Shown: piece after piece, positions 42,577-51,881 of the stretch
Position numbering within the stretch: position 1 is the stretch's first letter
How the letters are laid out: each line of letters opens with the position of its first letter
Source of the DNA: Dehalococcoidia bacterium
GTDB taxonomy: Bacteria > Chloroflexota > Dehalococcoidia > SM23-28-2
Length of the DNA: 64,000 nt
Direction of reading: 5' to 3'
Assembly: GCA_030615765.1 (NCBI GenBank)
Contig: JAUWYP010000004.1
Span: 15,862-79,861 of the forward strand
The notes under the pieces: model-generated
What the model saw: only the letters and a program-made list of their open reading frames with translations
Told to the model about the DNA's origin: nothing
Database searches by the model: none
Position numbers and translations under genes: made by a program

Positions 42577-43728
42577 ATGCGTTGGCTCCTGACCGTGACT
42601 CTAGTCCTTGGCCTGGCCCTGTTCGGGATGGCCTGCCAGGGAGAGGAAGAAGAGGACGGCGAGGCGACCGCCACGCCTGTGGCGACCGAGGCGCCATCGC
42701 CGGGAGCGCCCGCAGAATCGCCGCAGACGCCCGACCTCGCGGCGGGCTGGGCGAAGATCGAGCCGGGCGGCGACACCATCTGCTCGCAGGGCACACCGTA
42801 CGCCTACTTCGTGCATCCGGGCACAGTCAATCGCCTGGTTGTCTACTTCCAGGGCGGTGGCGCTTGCTGGAGTCACGCGACCTGTTCGCTCAAGGGGCTC
42901 GCCAAGGAAACCGCGAGCGACGGCGACAACCCGGGCCAGGCGCCGGGAGGCATCTTCGACTTGGACAACCCGGATAACCCCTTCAAGGACTGGTTCTTCG
43001 TTTTCATCCCCTATTGCACGGGGGACATCCACTGGGGGGACAACACCCACACCTACACGGCAGAGGGCAAGGAGGACGTAGTCATCCATCACAAAGGGTT
43101 TGTGAACGTCAGCGCGGTTCTGGACTGGATAGGGGCCAATTTCGAGCAGCCGGAGAAGATCTTCGTGTCCGGCTGCAGCGCGGGGAGCTACGGCTCGATC
43201 ATGGGTGCGGCCCACATCCACGAGCTCTATCCCGACGTGTCTCTCTACCAGCTCGGAGACGCCGGCGCCGGCGTCTCCAAGGAGGATTTCGTCCAAGACA
43301 GCTTCCCGAACTGGAACGCCACAGAAAACATCCCGGACTGGATCCCGGCGCCGGACGGCTCCTGGGACGAGGTTTCCTCGCTCGCCGACCTCTACATTCC
43401 CGTGGCAGACTACTACCCCGACGACCGCTGGTCGCAGTACAACACGGCCCACGACCGAATCCAGACGCTCTTCTACCGCGGTATGGGCGGCACCGGCGAC
43501 TGGGGCGAACTCATGCTCGCCAGCATGCAAGAGATTCAGGACAACGCTCCCAATTTCCACTCTTACATCGCCCCGGGCACAATGGAGTGCATCACAGGGC
43601 AGGACATCTTCTACAGCCGCGAGGTGGAGGGCGTCCAGTTTAGCGACTGGGTAGAGGCCATGGTCAACGACGAGGCGTGGGACGACGTGATGTGCACCGA
43701 CTGCGAGACCGACCCCGAGGCGCAATAG
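42577..43728 (+). CDS. Lipoprotein pectin-acetylesterase-like esterase (paralogue of the C-terminal domain of the preceding gene)
   Basis: I prefer the ATG at 42577 (MRWLLTVTLVLGLALFGMAC) after AGGAGGT. The lipobox Cys is followed by QGEEEEDGEATATP. The PAE motifs match those of the upstream gene, with long near-identical DNA stretches. Confidence 0.88.
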   Translation: MRWLLTVTLVLGLALFGMACQGEEEEDGEATATPVATEAPSPGAPAESPQTPDLAAGWAKIEPGGDTICSQGTPYAYFVHPGTVNRLVVYFQGGGACWSHATCSLKGLAKETASDGDNPGQAPGGIFDLDNPDNPFKDWFFVFIPYCTGDIHWGDNTHTYTAEGKEDVVIHHKGFVNVSAVLDWIGANFEQPEKIFVSGCSAGSYGSIMGAAHIHELYPDVSLYQLGDAGAGVSKEDFVQDSFPNWNATENIPDWIPAPDGSWDEVSSLADLYIPVADYYPDDRWSQYNTAHDRIQTLFYRGMGGTGDWGELMLASMQEIQDNAPNFHSYIAPGTMECITGQDIFYSREVEGVQFSDWVEAMVNDEAWDDVMCTDCETDPEAQ

Positions 43729-43752
43729 TGACTCCACGCCTCTCGCTGAGAT

Positions 43753-43807
43753 TCTTCGCTTTGCTCAGAATGACGCCAGCCATTTCTGTCGCCCTGAGCG
43801 TAGCGAA
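43753..43807. repeat. Imperfect 21-nt inverted repeat (hairpin element) between convergent genes
   Basis: The arms are cttcgctttgctcagaatgac (43753-43773) and gtcgccctgagcgtagcgaag (43787-43807), with a 13-nt loop. About 16 Watson-Crick and 2 G-U pairs form out of 21. Confidence 0.55.
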
Positions 43808-43868
43808 GGGCCTCACCTCGAGGGGCCTGACGTCGCCATTACCTAGAGACAGTAGACCCTAAGCCGGC

Positions 43869-44957
43869 CTACGGCGACGGGCCTGCGGGCAGGGCCTCGG
43901 GCATAGCCAGGCTGAGTTCGTCCGCCAGCCGCTGTAGCATGCCGACCACCGGCGGATGGAGAGGGATGCCCTTGGCCAGCCGCTCCTCGCGCGCCTCGAA
44001 TTCCCGCTGACCGGCGACCAGCACCCGTTCGGCCCCTGCCACGGTGGGCGCGCTGCGAAACGTCTGGAGCATCTCGCCCATCATCGCCTTGAACTCCTCG
44101 ACCGGACGAAACCCGTCGACCCGCAGGGCGCCGAAGAAATGGCCCACCTCGTGCCTGATGTAATCGATGTGGAGGCTGTAGCCGAGGCCGGGCAGAACGC
44201 CGCAGAGAATGTCGACCACCATCGCCAGGTCGTAGCCTTTGTAGGAGGCAGCCTCAGGCGTCGAGCCCAGAGGCAGCAGCCAGCCCGTCCTCATGATTTG
44301 GGTAATGTCCGTCGATAGGTTGCCTTCCTCATCCGCTCCCCAAGTTGGGGGGATCGGCTTGCCCTCCCTCCTGGCTATCTCGAACTTTCCGTGGGCGACA
44401 ACGCTGGTAGCCATATCCAGCAGGAAGGGGTAGCCGCTGGCGACAGGTGCGGCCACGGCAATGGGGTTGGTGCCGAGCATGCGCCCTCGCCCGAAGGTGG
44501 GTGCCACCAAGGGAGGGCTGTTGCTGGTGGCCAGACCGATCATGTCGTGAGGAACGGCCATCAGCGCGTAGTACCCGGCGGCGCCGTAGTGACGACTCCC
44601 GGTCACGGCCACCATGCCCGTGCCGCACTCCTTCGCCTTCTGGATGGCGATGGACATCGCCCGATGGCCAACGACAGGGCCCAGGCCGCCGTCGCCATCC
44701 ACGAGCGCCGTCGAAGGGGTCTCATGCACGACCCGGATGTTGGGGCGGGGGTTGACCAGCCCCTGCCTGAACCCCAGCGCGTAGCTGGGATGAGTCATGA
44801 GGTGGGCGACGCCGTGGGACTCGATACCCATCAGGTCGGCCTCCACCAGGATCTTCGCCGCTAGGCGGGCGTCGTCAGGCGGCACGTCCATTCGCTGTAG
44901 GGCCTGGTCGACGAAGTCGCTCAGACTAGCGGCGGAGAATCGCTGCAAATCAGACAC
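43869..44957 (-). CDS. Ldh_2 family (malate/L-lactate/sulfolactate-type) 2-hydroxyacid dehydrogenase
   Basis: GTG start at 44957 after AAAGGAG. Motifs GIESHGV, GDGGLGPVVG, and VTGSRHYGAAGYYA are characteristic of the Ldh_2 family. Confidence 0.85.
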   Translation of the reverse strand: MSDLQRFSAASLSDFVDQALQRMDVPPDDARLAAKILVEADLMGIESHGVAHLMTHPSYALGFRQGLVNPRPNIRVVHETPSTALVDGDGGLGPVVGHRAMSIAIQKAKECGTGMVAVTGSRHYGAAGYYALMAVPHDMIGLATSNSPPLVAPTFGRGRMLGTNPIAVAAPVASGYPFLLDMATSVVAHGKFEIARREGKPIPPTWGADEEGNLSTDITQIMRTGWLLPLGSTPEAASYKGYDLAMVVDILCGVLPGLGYSLHIDYIRHEVGHFFGALRVDGFRPVEEFKAMMGEMLQTFRSAPTVAGAERVLVAGQREFEAREERLAKGIPLHPPVVGMLQRLADELSLAMPEALPAGPSP

Positions 44958-44995
44958 CAGGGTCGCTCCTTTGGTTAGCGGCGAATGCCGCCCTA

Positions 44996-45784
44996 CTAGT
45001 ACAAGGGACCGCGGGCAGCCCCGGGTTCGGCCCCACGAACCGCCCGTACGTCTTCCCCCACCGCTCGGGCCAGGGCGCCAGAGTCGGAGGAGACGAGAAC
45101 CATGCGAAACCCCTCAGCGATGCGCTTGGGGGCGGTCACAGCGGAGGAGTTGACGCCGGCCACAACGTTGTGGCGCTGGCAAGCCTCCAGGATGCGCTGG
45201 CGCGCTTCGGCATAGGCAGGTAGGTCACTATCCATCTGCGGCGGCAGGCCGAGAGAGATGCTCAGGTCCATCGGCCCGATGTAGACCGCATCAACGCCGT
45301 CCACGCTGAGGATTTCGTCCAGATTCTCCAGGGCGGCCGTCGTCTCTATCTGGGGTATGCAGCACACCTCCTGGTTGGCATAGACAAAATAGTCCAGGCC
45401 GGCGTAGTAGACGGCACGAACCGGGCCGAAGCTGCGAATGCCCTGAGGCGGATAGCGGCAGGCGGCGACGGCTGCCTCGGCCTCCGCCCGGCTATTCACC
45501 ATAGGCACTATGACTCCGTAGGCCCCCGCGTCCAGCATCTTCATGATGATAGCCGAATCGTTCCAGGGCACCCGCACGAAAGGGGTTGTCGCCGTGGTAG
45601 AGATGGCCTGGAGCATGGCCAAGGCCGTGTCGTAGTCGATGAGACCGTGCTGCATGTCGATGCACAGCCAGTCGAGGTTCTGGTGAGCCATCAACTCGGC
45701 CGAAAAGCCGCTCGGGATCACGAGCCAGCCCCCGAGCGCCGGCCGGTCCTCCTGCCAGAGCCGTTTCACCGCGTTCTCGCGCAT
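44996..45784 (-). CDS. HpcH/HpaI family 2-keto-3-deoxy-acid aldolase
   Basis: I prefer the ATG at 45784 (MRENAVKRLW) after GGAGGCAGG; the track start at 45799 is a TTG. Motifs include DWLCIDMQHG, FVRVPWN, GVIVPMVNS, CRYPPQGIRSFGP, and IETTAALENLDEI. Confidence 0.88.
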   Translation of the reverse strand: MRENAVKRLWQEDRPALGGWLVIPSGFSAELMAHQNLDWLCIDMQHGLIDYDTALAMLQAISTTATTPFVRVPWNDSAIIMKMLDAGAYGVIVPMVNSRAEAEAAVAACRYPPQGIRSFGPVRAVYYAGLDYFVYANQEVCCIPQIETTAALENLDEILSVDGVDAVYIGPMDLSISLGLPPQMDSDLPAYAEARQRILEACQRHNVVAGVNSSAVTAPKRIAEGFRMVLVSSDSGALARAVGEDVRAVRGAEPGAARGPLY

Positions 45785-45797
45785 GTCGCCTGCCTCC

Positions 45798-45822
45798 AAT
45801 GAACAGCCGATAACTGTTCATT
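45798..45822. promoter_or_regulatory. 9-7-9 perfect palindrome (candidate operator) in the aldolase / LarA divergent region
   Basis: AATGAACAG-ccgataa-CTGTTCATT. It is AT-rich in a GC-rich context and lies immediately upstream of the aldolase SD and start. Confidence 0.35.
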
Positions 45823-45984
45823 CCTTAGCACCCCAGCGAATGGGTGTCAACTCTGCTCTGCGACGCCGTCAAAGCCGACCCGCTCAGAGCGTGCGCCTTC
45901 CTGTGACGCGAGCGCCAGTGTATAATCTTCGGTGCAGCCCACAAGTCAGTTCCCAGGGGAATTGGGAGCCGCAGGAGAAGAACC

Positions 45985-47220
45985 ATGAAGCTCAAGGTGC
46001 CGCAACTTTTCTGGTACGACAACAGCGAGCTGGAGCTGGACTTCCCTGACTCCTGGGACGTTCACTTCTTGCCCCCCAAGGGCCACGACCGACCAAAGCT
46101 GACCCCCCAGCAGATAGAGCAGGCCTTCGCTAATCCCATCGGCACGCAGCGCATCCGCGACCTTGCTCGGGGCAAGAAAGAGGTGGCTATTCTTTTCGAC
46201 GACATCACTCGCCCCACGCGGACCTATGAGATCCTCCCCTACGTCCTGCGGGAACTGGAGCAGGCAGGCATCAGCGACGCCCAGATCCGCCTCATTGCGG
46301 CTATAGGCAGCCACGGCGCTCACGACAACCACGCCCTGCGCAAGAAGCTCGGCCAGGAGATGCTGGAACGCTTCCCCGTCTACAACCACAATCCCTGGGA
46401 GAACTGCACGCCGGTGGGCACCACCAGCCGCGGCACGCCGCTGGCGGTCAACCGAGAGGTCATGAACTGCGACCTGAAGATTGGCATTGGCTGCATCCTC
46501 CCCCACCCCCAGGTTGGCTTCGGAGGCGGAGGCAAGATCATCCTTCCGGGGGTAGCCCACATCGACAGCATCGACCATTTCCATGGCACGGTGATGGGCA
46601 TGGCCCCCCAGACCACGGGCATGGGAAACTATGACGAGAACGTCATGCGCTTTGAGGTCGAGGAGGCCGCCAAGCTGGCCGGTCTCGACCTGACGGTCGA
46701 CGCCCTGTTCAACATGCGGGGGGAGATCTCGGCGCTGTTCGTGGGCGATCCGGTGCTCGAGCATCGGGAAGGGGTGAAGCTGGCCAAGGAGGTCTATGCA
46801 ACCGAGGGGATCTCGGGCGCAGACATAGCGGTGACTAACGCCTTCCTCAAGTCTAGCGAGACGGCCATCTCCATCTTTGTTGCCATACGCTCCATCAAGC
46901 TGCCAGGTGGCACTATAGTGATGATCATGAACGCGCCGGAGGGCCAGATCATCCACTACCTGCTCCGTAGCTTCGGGAAGACCTACGGCGGCAGACACTA
47001 CGTCCAGCGGACGATACCCGCCGCGTTCAAGGTCATCGTACTCAACCCTCTGAAGGACTTGACCTGTGTGGACCTTTTCGGCGACGCCCAGTCCGTCACC
47101 TGGGCGAAGGACTGGGGCGAGGTGATGAACGAACTGCGAGCTAGCCATCCCGATGGGGCCAAGGTGGCAGTATATCCCGACGGCACCATGCAGTACCTGG
47201 CGAGCACCAAGCCCAGCTAG
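45985..47220 (+). CDS. LarA-like (DUF2088) nickel-pincer-dependent 2-hydroxyacid racemase/epimerase homologue
   Basis: 411-aa ORF. FDDITRPT, AAIGSHGAH, and ILPHPQVGFGGGGKIILPGVAHIDSIDHFH align with the LarA His108, His174, Lys184 and His200 motif positions. This is a hand alignment from memory. Confidence 0.8.
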   Translation: MKLKVPQLFWYDNSELELDFPDSWDVHFLPPKGHDRPKLTPQQIEQAFANPIGTQRIRDLARGKKEVAILFDDITRPTRTYEILPYVLRELEQAGISDAQIRLIAAIGSHGAHDNHALRKKLGQEMLERFPVYNHNPWENCTPVGTTSRGTPLAVNREVMNCDLKIGIGCILPHPQVGFGGGGKIILPGVAHIDSIDHFHGTVMGMAPQTTGMGNYDENVMRFEVEEAAKLAGLDLTVDALFNMRGEISALFVGDPVLEHREGVKLAKEVYATEGISGADIAVTNAFLKSSETAISIFVAIRSIKLPGGTIVMIMNAPEGQIIHYLLRSFGKTYGGRHYVQRTIPAAFKVIVLNPLKDLTCVDLFGDAQSVTWAKDWGEVMNELRASHPDGAKVAVYPDGTMQYLASTKPS

Positions 47221-47269
47221 CTAGCCGCCTTAGTTTTCGCTCCCTGCCTGCGTTGCTCCCGAGTCAGTG

Positions 47270-49576
47270 TCAATACTGCAGGTCAAACCAATCGTAGACG
47301 ATCCTCGATAGCTGCGCTCCGAAGATATACGCTGCATACTCGGTAGGCATCCCCTGCGACAGGTAAGAAATGACGTAGGCGGTCTGCTCCTCGCCTTGCC
47401 CCATCATCACGATCCCGACATCGTTGTAGACCCAGCCGTTCCAGCCCTGGTAGTAGCCGATCTTGTGGGCGACCCTTGCCTGCGGCGGAAGGAAAAGGGG
47501 CAACACATAGTTTAGCCCTGGCTTAATATCGAGGAGCCGGTCGATGGCATAGGCGGTCCACTCGGGCGAGAACAGTTCCCCTCGATAGAGCTTGGCCAGT
47601 ATCATGTTGGTTTCCCTGGCGGTCAGGATGTTCGGCCGCCAGTCTTGCCCCGGATAGCCGGGCACATAACCAAAAGCGGAGTCCTTCATTCCCCAGCTCT
47701 GCATTAGCTCGTCAGCTCTTCTCGCGCCTTCCTCCAGTGTTCCTTTGATGCCCCGGACAAAGACGGCCACCTGTGGCGGCGAGCTGTGGCCAATGCCAAT
47801 CTTTATCCAGTAGGCCCAATCCTCGGCCCTCGCCCTCCCGGCTATGAACTCCTCCATCGCCACAAACAAGGAGAACATGTTGATGGTACAGCCCGTACTG
47901 TGCAGCGCATCGCCGTTGACACAGATCTGTTCGTTCGTCTGAAGGTCGGCCACACAAATGGCCACGTCGCCGTAGTAGTTGCGGACCTCCTCCTCCAGAA
48001 CGGCCTGCAGGGCCAGGAATTCCTCCGACACCTCCTGTGCGAAATAGGCCGCGGCCGACTCTTGCTGAGGCGGAATCAGGACGATCAGCGGCGAAAAGCC
48101 CCGCACGTATGTCATGGTCGTAAGCTCAGGCCTTCCGGGGATGAACCGCTGCCAGGTGCCGTCGGCGGCCAGGCCATAGCTCACCGCGATCTGCTCACTC
48201 ATCTCTCCTACAGCTACGGCGGCCTCCTTGCTCTCCCCCGGGTAGCATATGCTGTTCCACCCCGACGCCAGGGCGAAATCGTTGCCGGCCCACGATGGCT
48301 CTTGCACCCAGGGGGCGTAGCCATCCGCCAGGACGAATAGCGCCTCACCGGGGCGAACGGTGCTGATAGTGCTCAAGCCCGGCTTGCCGGGGAACCAGCG
48401 GTCGTAGCCCCCGTCGGGCCCCAGCCGGTAGACGGCCAAGACGTTGTCGCGGACGGCTGCCAAAGCATCGTCTAGTGGCTGCTCATCGCCCAAGTAGCAA
48501 GCATACGTCCAGCCCAGGGCCAGCGTGACGCCGGGCATCCAGGAGACGAAAGAGAGGCTGGCGCTATCGGCGTGGGCTACGTGGACGCGGCCGTCGGCCG
48601 GGTCGACGTCAACCGCCGACAGGCCCCCCTCAAGGCCAACCGCCGAGGTCACTACGTTGGTACGACCGTCAATCACCCACATGCGGCCGTCAGAGCTACC
48701 ACCCGCATAGATGCGACCGCTCGCGGAGTCGGCCGCCAGGGCCTCGGCCGGGCTAGGAATGGCGATAGATGCAGCGAGCGAGTTGTTGGTGGCGTCGATT
48801 ACCAGAATAGTCCCGGCATCAGCGTCGCTCGCCTCCGCAGCGGAGGTGGCGACGTACACTCGATTGGAACTGCCGTCCACCGCAACGTCCCAAGCCTCAG
48901 CAGACGCTCCGCTGGTCAAGGGCAGGGTAGCAATCAGCAGGTTCGATACTCCATCGATCACCGCAAGATGGCCGCTTCCGCTACTGGCTACGTAGACGCG
49001 GCCCATGTCGGGGTTCACCGCCACCCCCGTCGGCAGACTCCCCACAGACACAGTGCCGATGACTAGATTGTGGCGGCCATCGATGACCGAGACAGTGCCG
49101 CTACCGCGATTACTAACGAAGACGCGGCCCGTATTGGGGTCGGCTGCCAGGTCCCAGGGTTCCTTGCCTACAGGGAGGGTGGCGACGACCGCATTGCCTT
49201 CGCCGTCGATCACCGTCACCTCGTTGCTCCCACTGTTGGCGACGTAGACCCTGTTTGCACTCGCATCGATGGCTACGCCACGGGGAGCAGGACCGACGGG
49301 GATGGTGGCGATAACAGTGCTGCTGGCACCGTCAATGACCGATACGTTGTCGCTTCCGGCGTTTGCCACGTAGATGCGGCCAGTCCTGGAGTTCACCGCC
49401 AGGGCTACGGGCTGGGAGACGTCGGGCCCGACGGTCAACGTGGTTACTACAGCCGCGTCCTGGGGATAGGCCGGCTCGGCGCCGGTAGCAGCCCCTATCG
49501 CCAACAGCGCAAGGCCAGCCAGAGCCAGTACCGCAAACCGTGCTGCCAGGACTGCCCCTCTCATGCTAGGACGCAT
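47270..49576 (-). CDS. Secreted YVTN-type beta-propeller protein with two degenerate copies of the two-Cys-domain fold and a C-terminal class-A beta-lactamase-like domain
   Basis: 768-aa ORF with a signal peptide (AVLALAGLALLAIGAA). It has at least 6 repeats of the form RVYVAN-GS--V-VIDG. The C-terminal ~260 aa show a beta-lactamase-like layout with altered motifs (STGC, ETN, KIG). The C-terminal call is tentative. Confidence 0.75.
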   Translation of the reverse strand: MRPSMRGAVLAARFAVLALAGLALLAIGAATGAEPAYPQDAAVVTTLTVGPDVSQPVALAVNSRTGRIYVANAGSDNVSVIDGASSTVIATIPVGPAPRGVAIDASANRVYVANSGSNEVTVIDGEGNAVVATLPVGKEPWDLAADPNTGRVFVSNRGSGTVSVIDGRHNLVIGTVSVGSLPTGVAVNPDMGRVYVASSGSGHLAVIDGVSNLLIATLPLTSGASAEAWDVAVDGSSNRVYVATSAAEASDADAGTILVIDATNNSLAASIAIPSPAEALAADSASGRIYAGGSSDGRMWVIDGRTNVVTSAVGLEGGLSAVDVDPADGRVHVAHADSASLSFVSWMPGVTLALGWTYACYLGDEQPLDDALAAVRDNVLAVYRLGPDGGYDRWFPGKPGLSTISTVRPGEALFVLADGYAPWVQEPSWAGNDFALASGWNSICYPGESKEAAVAVGEMSEQIAVSYGLAADGTWQRFIPGRPELTTMTYVRGFSPLIVLIPPQQESAAAYFAQEVSEEFLALQAVLEEEVRNYYGDVAICVADLQTNEQICVNGDALHSTGCTINMFSLFVAMEEFIAGRARAEDWAYWIKIGIGHSSPPQVAVFVRGIKGTLEEGARRADELMQSWGMKDSAFGYVPGYPGQDWRPNILTARETNMILAKLYRGELFSPEWTAYAIDRLLDIKPGLNYVLPLFLPPQARVAHKIGYYQGWNGWVYNDVGIVMMGQGEEQTAYVISYLSQGMPTEYAAYIFGAQLSRIVYDWFDLQY

Positions 49577-49681
49577 AATGAGGACTGTTCTTAAGCATCC
49601 CCCAGATCGCTTGCGAGCCGGGTCACCTGTGGCAGACCCGCTGCCTGAAGCAGTTGCTGGCCAAGGGGACCTGCCGAACCC

Positions 49682-50167
49682 CTAGCCCCCGCGCACCGCT
49701 CTCTCGACGTCGTCCAGGTGCTGGGCGTTGTGGCCGACGACCGAGGTCACGAGGATCTCAGCGAGGGTGCCGGAGACACCCCAGGGCGTGGTCATCTCCT
49801 TGGTCAGCAGCTCATCGCTGGTCGCCTCAACGGCGCTAATGCTCCTGGCGCAGCCCGACTTCAGCTCGACGAGGATCTCTTCAACGGGCTTATCCTGACG
49901 GGCGCCCACCTCGCGGGCGTTCCAGGCATCGATGTCGAAGCCGCCTTGGCCGCCGCCGGAGGAAGGGGACGGGCTGGCGGCCATGCTGATGATGAACGAC
50001 GCGCCCCCGGCCATTGCAGCCAGGTGACAATAGACCTGCTTGACGTTCCAGCCACCCTCATAGACCGTCTTTCCCCAGTCGGCGGGGGAGAGGCTGACCA
50101 CCATGCTCTCCATTCTGTCCCCAAAGGCGCCTACAGCCTTTACGATGTCCTGTTTGGTGGTGACCAT
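49682..50167 (-). CDS. DinB/MDMPI_N-superfamily protein
   Basis: 161-aa ORF with a four-helix DinB-like pattern. His residues lie in CHLAAMAG and VVGHNAQHLDDV. Confidence 0.6.
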   Translation of the reverse strand: MVTTKQDIVKAVGAFGDRMESMVVSLSPADWGKTVYEGGWNVKQVYCHLAAMAGGASFIISMAASPSPSSGGGQGGFDIDAWNAREVGARQDKPVEEILVELKSGCARSISAVEATSDELLTKEMTTPWGVSGTLAEILVTSVVGHNAQHLDDVERAVRGG

Positions 50168-50267
50168 GCTATGCCTCCTGTGAGCTGGGAACTTCTCATA
50201 CAGATTCCGAAAGCTGATGACGACTCACAAGACTGCGCATCGGGCACAGGAGTTCGACACCAGCAGT

Positions 50268-50852
50268 TCAGGGCTGGCCGCTCAGGGTGGCCGTGCCCTC
50301 GCTAAAGATTATCTCAAGCTGATGCTCGATGTCGATGTGATCCAGTTGATCGTTGATCACGTCTTCTATGACCCCCTCGATGCGACCGGTGATGAATCCG
50401 GGCACGCCTCCGACGTCAATGTCGAGGTCGGCGAGACGGGGATGCTCACCATTGAGGTCCAGAGCGCCGGTAATCTTCACCTTCACGTCCAGGCCCAGCA
50501 TAGCGCTCAGCTTTCCCGAAGCCGACACCCTCTCGCCGTTGAAGCACACCTTCAGGTCCTCGATGGGGGCGTTCTTTTCCTCCAGGAACTCACGCCCCCG
50601 CGATGTAGCCTCGCTCTCGTCAAGGGTGAACGAGGTCGCTTGCCCTCCGTCCAACTGCTCGTCGAAGTCGTCCAGCTTGTCCTGGAAGTGCTGGGCCAAA
50701 GCGGAGCTGATCTCCACCTCGCGCTCCCCGCTGTCGCACTCACCGGGGCTGCCCGCAAACGCCGCCAGCGCGGTGAGAACGACCACCAACGTCACAACTC
50801 CCGTAATAGCACCGACCGCCGCCAGCACCAGCCGAATTGGAGTGAAAATCAT
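50268..50852 (-). CDS. Membrane-anchored hypothetical protein
   Basis: 194-aa ORF with an N-terminal TM helix ([25 protein letters not shown]) followed by an acidic soluble domain. The opposite-strand ORF 50217..50912 has junk-like composition. Confidence 0.55.
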   Translation of the reverse strand: MIFTPIRLVLAAVGAITGVVTLVVVLTALAAFAGSPGECDSGEREVEISSALAQHFQDKLDDFDEQLDGGQATSFTLDESEATSRGREFLEEKNAPIEDLKVCFNGERVSASGKLSAMLGLDVKVKITGALDLNGEHPRLADLDIDVGGVPGFITGRIEGVIEDVINDQLDHIDIEHQLEIIFSEGTATLSGQP

Positions 50853-51011
50853 CCTACGCCCTCCTACGAGCCAACAGTGACGTCCGAAGGCCTAATTCTC
50901 GCCACAGTGTAGACGGGAGGGGAGACTTTGTCAAAGCCGGGCAGGGTAAGCGAAAACCGCCCAGGCCGCATCCGGCGTGCAGGATCGGGGAACTGGAGTC
51001 TAGCTGGCCGG

Positions 51012-51881
51012 CTACCCGCCCAACGTGATGATGGCCTGACCGCTATCGAGTGTCGCGAGATTGCTGATCGCAGGCCAGCCGACGAACCAGCGCGACCAGA
51101 CCTGTGTATGAGGATCGATGTGGTATGCGGCAGCGACCGCCCCTGCGCCGCAGGCGGCCAGCGCCTGGCCGGTGTCCGTGCCGTCGGGGCCGTCCCAGAC
51201 CGATATGGCCCACTTGCCCGCCTTTGGGCAGTTGTGCAGGGTGTCATCGTGCGCTTGGGGCCACCCAGGGCCTACCGCCCAGGCCAGGGCTTGCTCTTCC
51301 ACGTCCGACGTGGGCGTAGGCGTGGGTGTGGGCATCCTGGTCGGCGTAGGCAGCGGGATGCCACCGTCGTCGTAGTCGCCGAAGTCCACCGTCCAGAACC
51401 AGCCGTAGGGCGACTGGGGATTATAGGCCTTGCCCACACCGGCCACCACAAAGCCATCGGTGAGCATGACGGCGTTGTGCCCTGGCGAGTTGCGCCAGAC
51501 CTCGAAAGCGCCTTCCGGCGTGCCGGACCCGCCTCGGATGATCTCGCCCCACAGGCTGGCCTGGGTATAGCCGAAGGCCGCCATGCGCTCCGCTGGGCTG
51601 CGGCCCAGGGAGTCGGTGTGGCTCAGGCGGTTGTGCACGGCCATGTCCTCGCTCATCCAGCGGGCGGCAGCGCTGAGCGTCGGCGAGACCTTGAGCGGCG
51701 TCAGACCATGCTCCAACCGATAACCGTTGATCAAGACCAGCAGGGCGGCCTCATCCTCGCTCAGGGGCGGCGTCTGACCCCGAACCTGCGGCTGGCCCGC
51801 CACCAGAAGCGATACGAAGGCCCCTACCGCGAGCGCCGCTCCGATAGCGAGAAGGACTCCAGGCCGTCTGCAGTTTCGCAT
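51012..51881 (-). CDS. Secreted CAP/SCP (YkwD-like) domain protein with C-terminal two-Cys domain
   Basis: 289-aa ORF with a signal/anchor sequence. CAP motifs are INGYRLEHGLTPL, WRNSPGHNAVML, and WFWTVDFG. A PTPT linker follows, then NCPKAGKWAISVWDG ... QAIITLGG at the extreme C-terminus (DNA 51015-51233). Confidence 0.8.
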   Translation of the reverse strand: MRNCRRPGVLLAIGAALAVGAFVSLLVAGQPQVRGQTPPLSEDEAALLVLINGYRLEHGLTPLKVSPTLSAAARWMSEDMAVHNRLSHTDSLGRSPAERMAAFGYTQASLWGEIIRGGSGTPEGAFEVWRNSPGHNAVMLTDGFVVAGVGKAYNPQSPYGWFWTVDFGDYDDGGIPLPTPTRMPTPTPTPTSDVEEQALAWAVGPGWPQAHDDTLHNCPKAGKWAISVWDGPDGTDTGQALAACGAGAVAAAYHIDPHTQVWSRWFVGWPAISNLATLDSGQAIITLGG

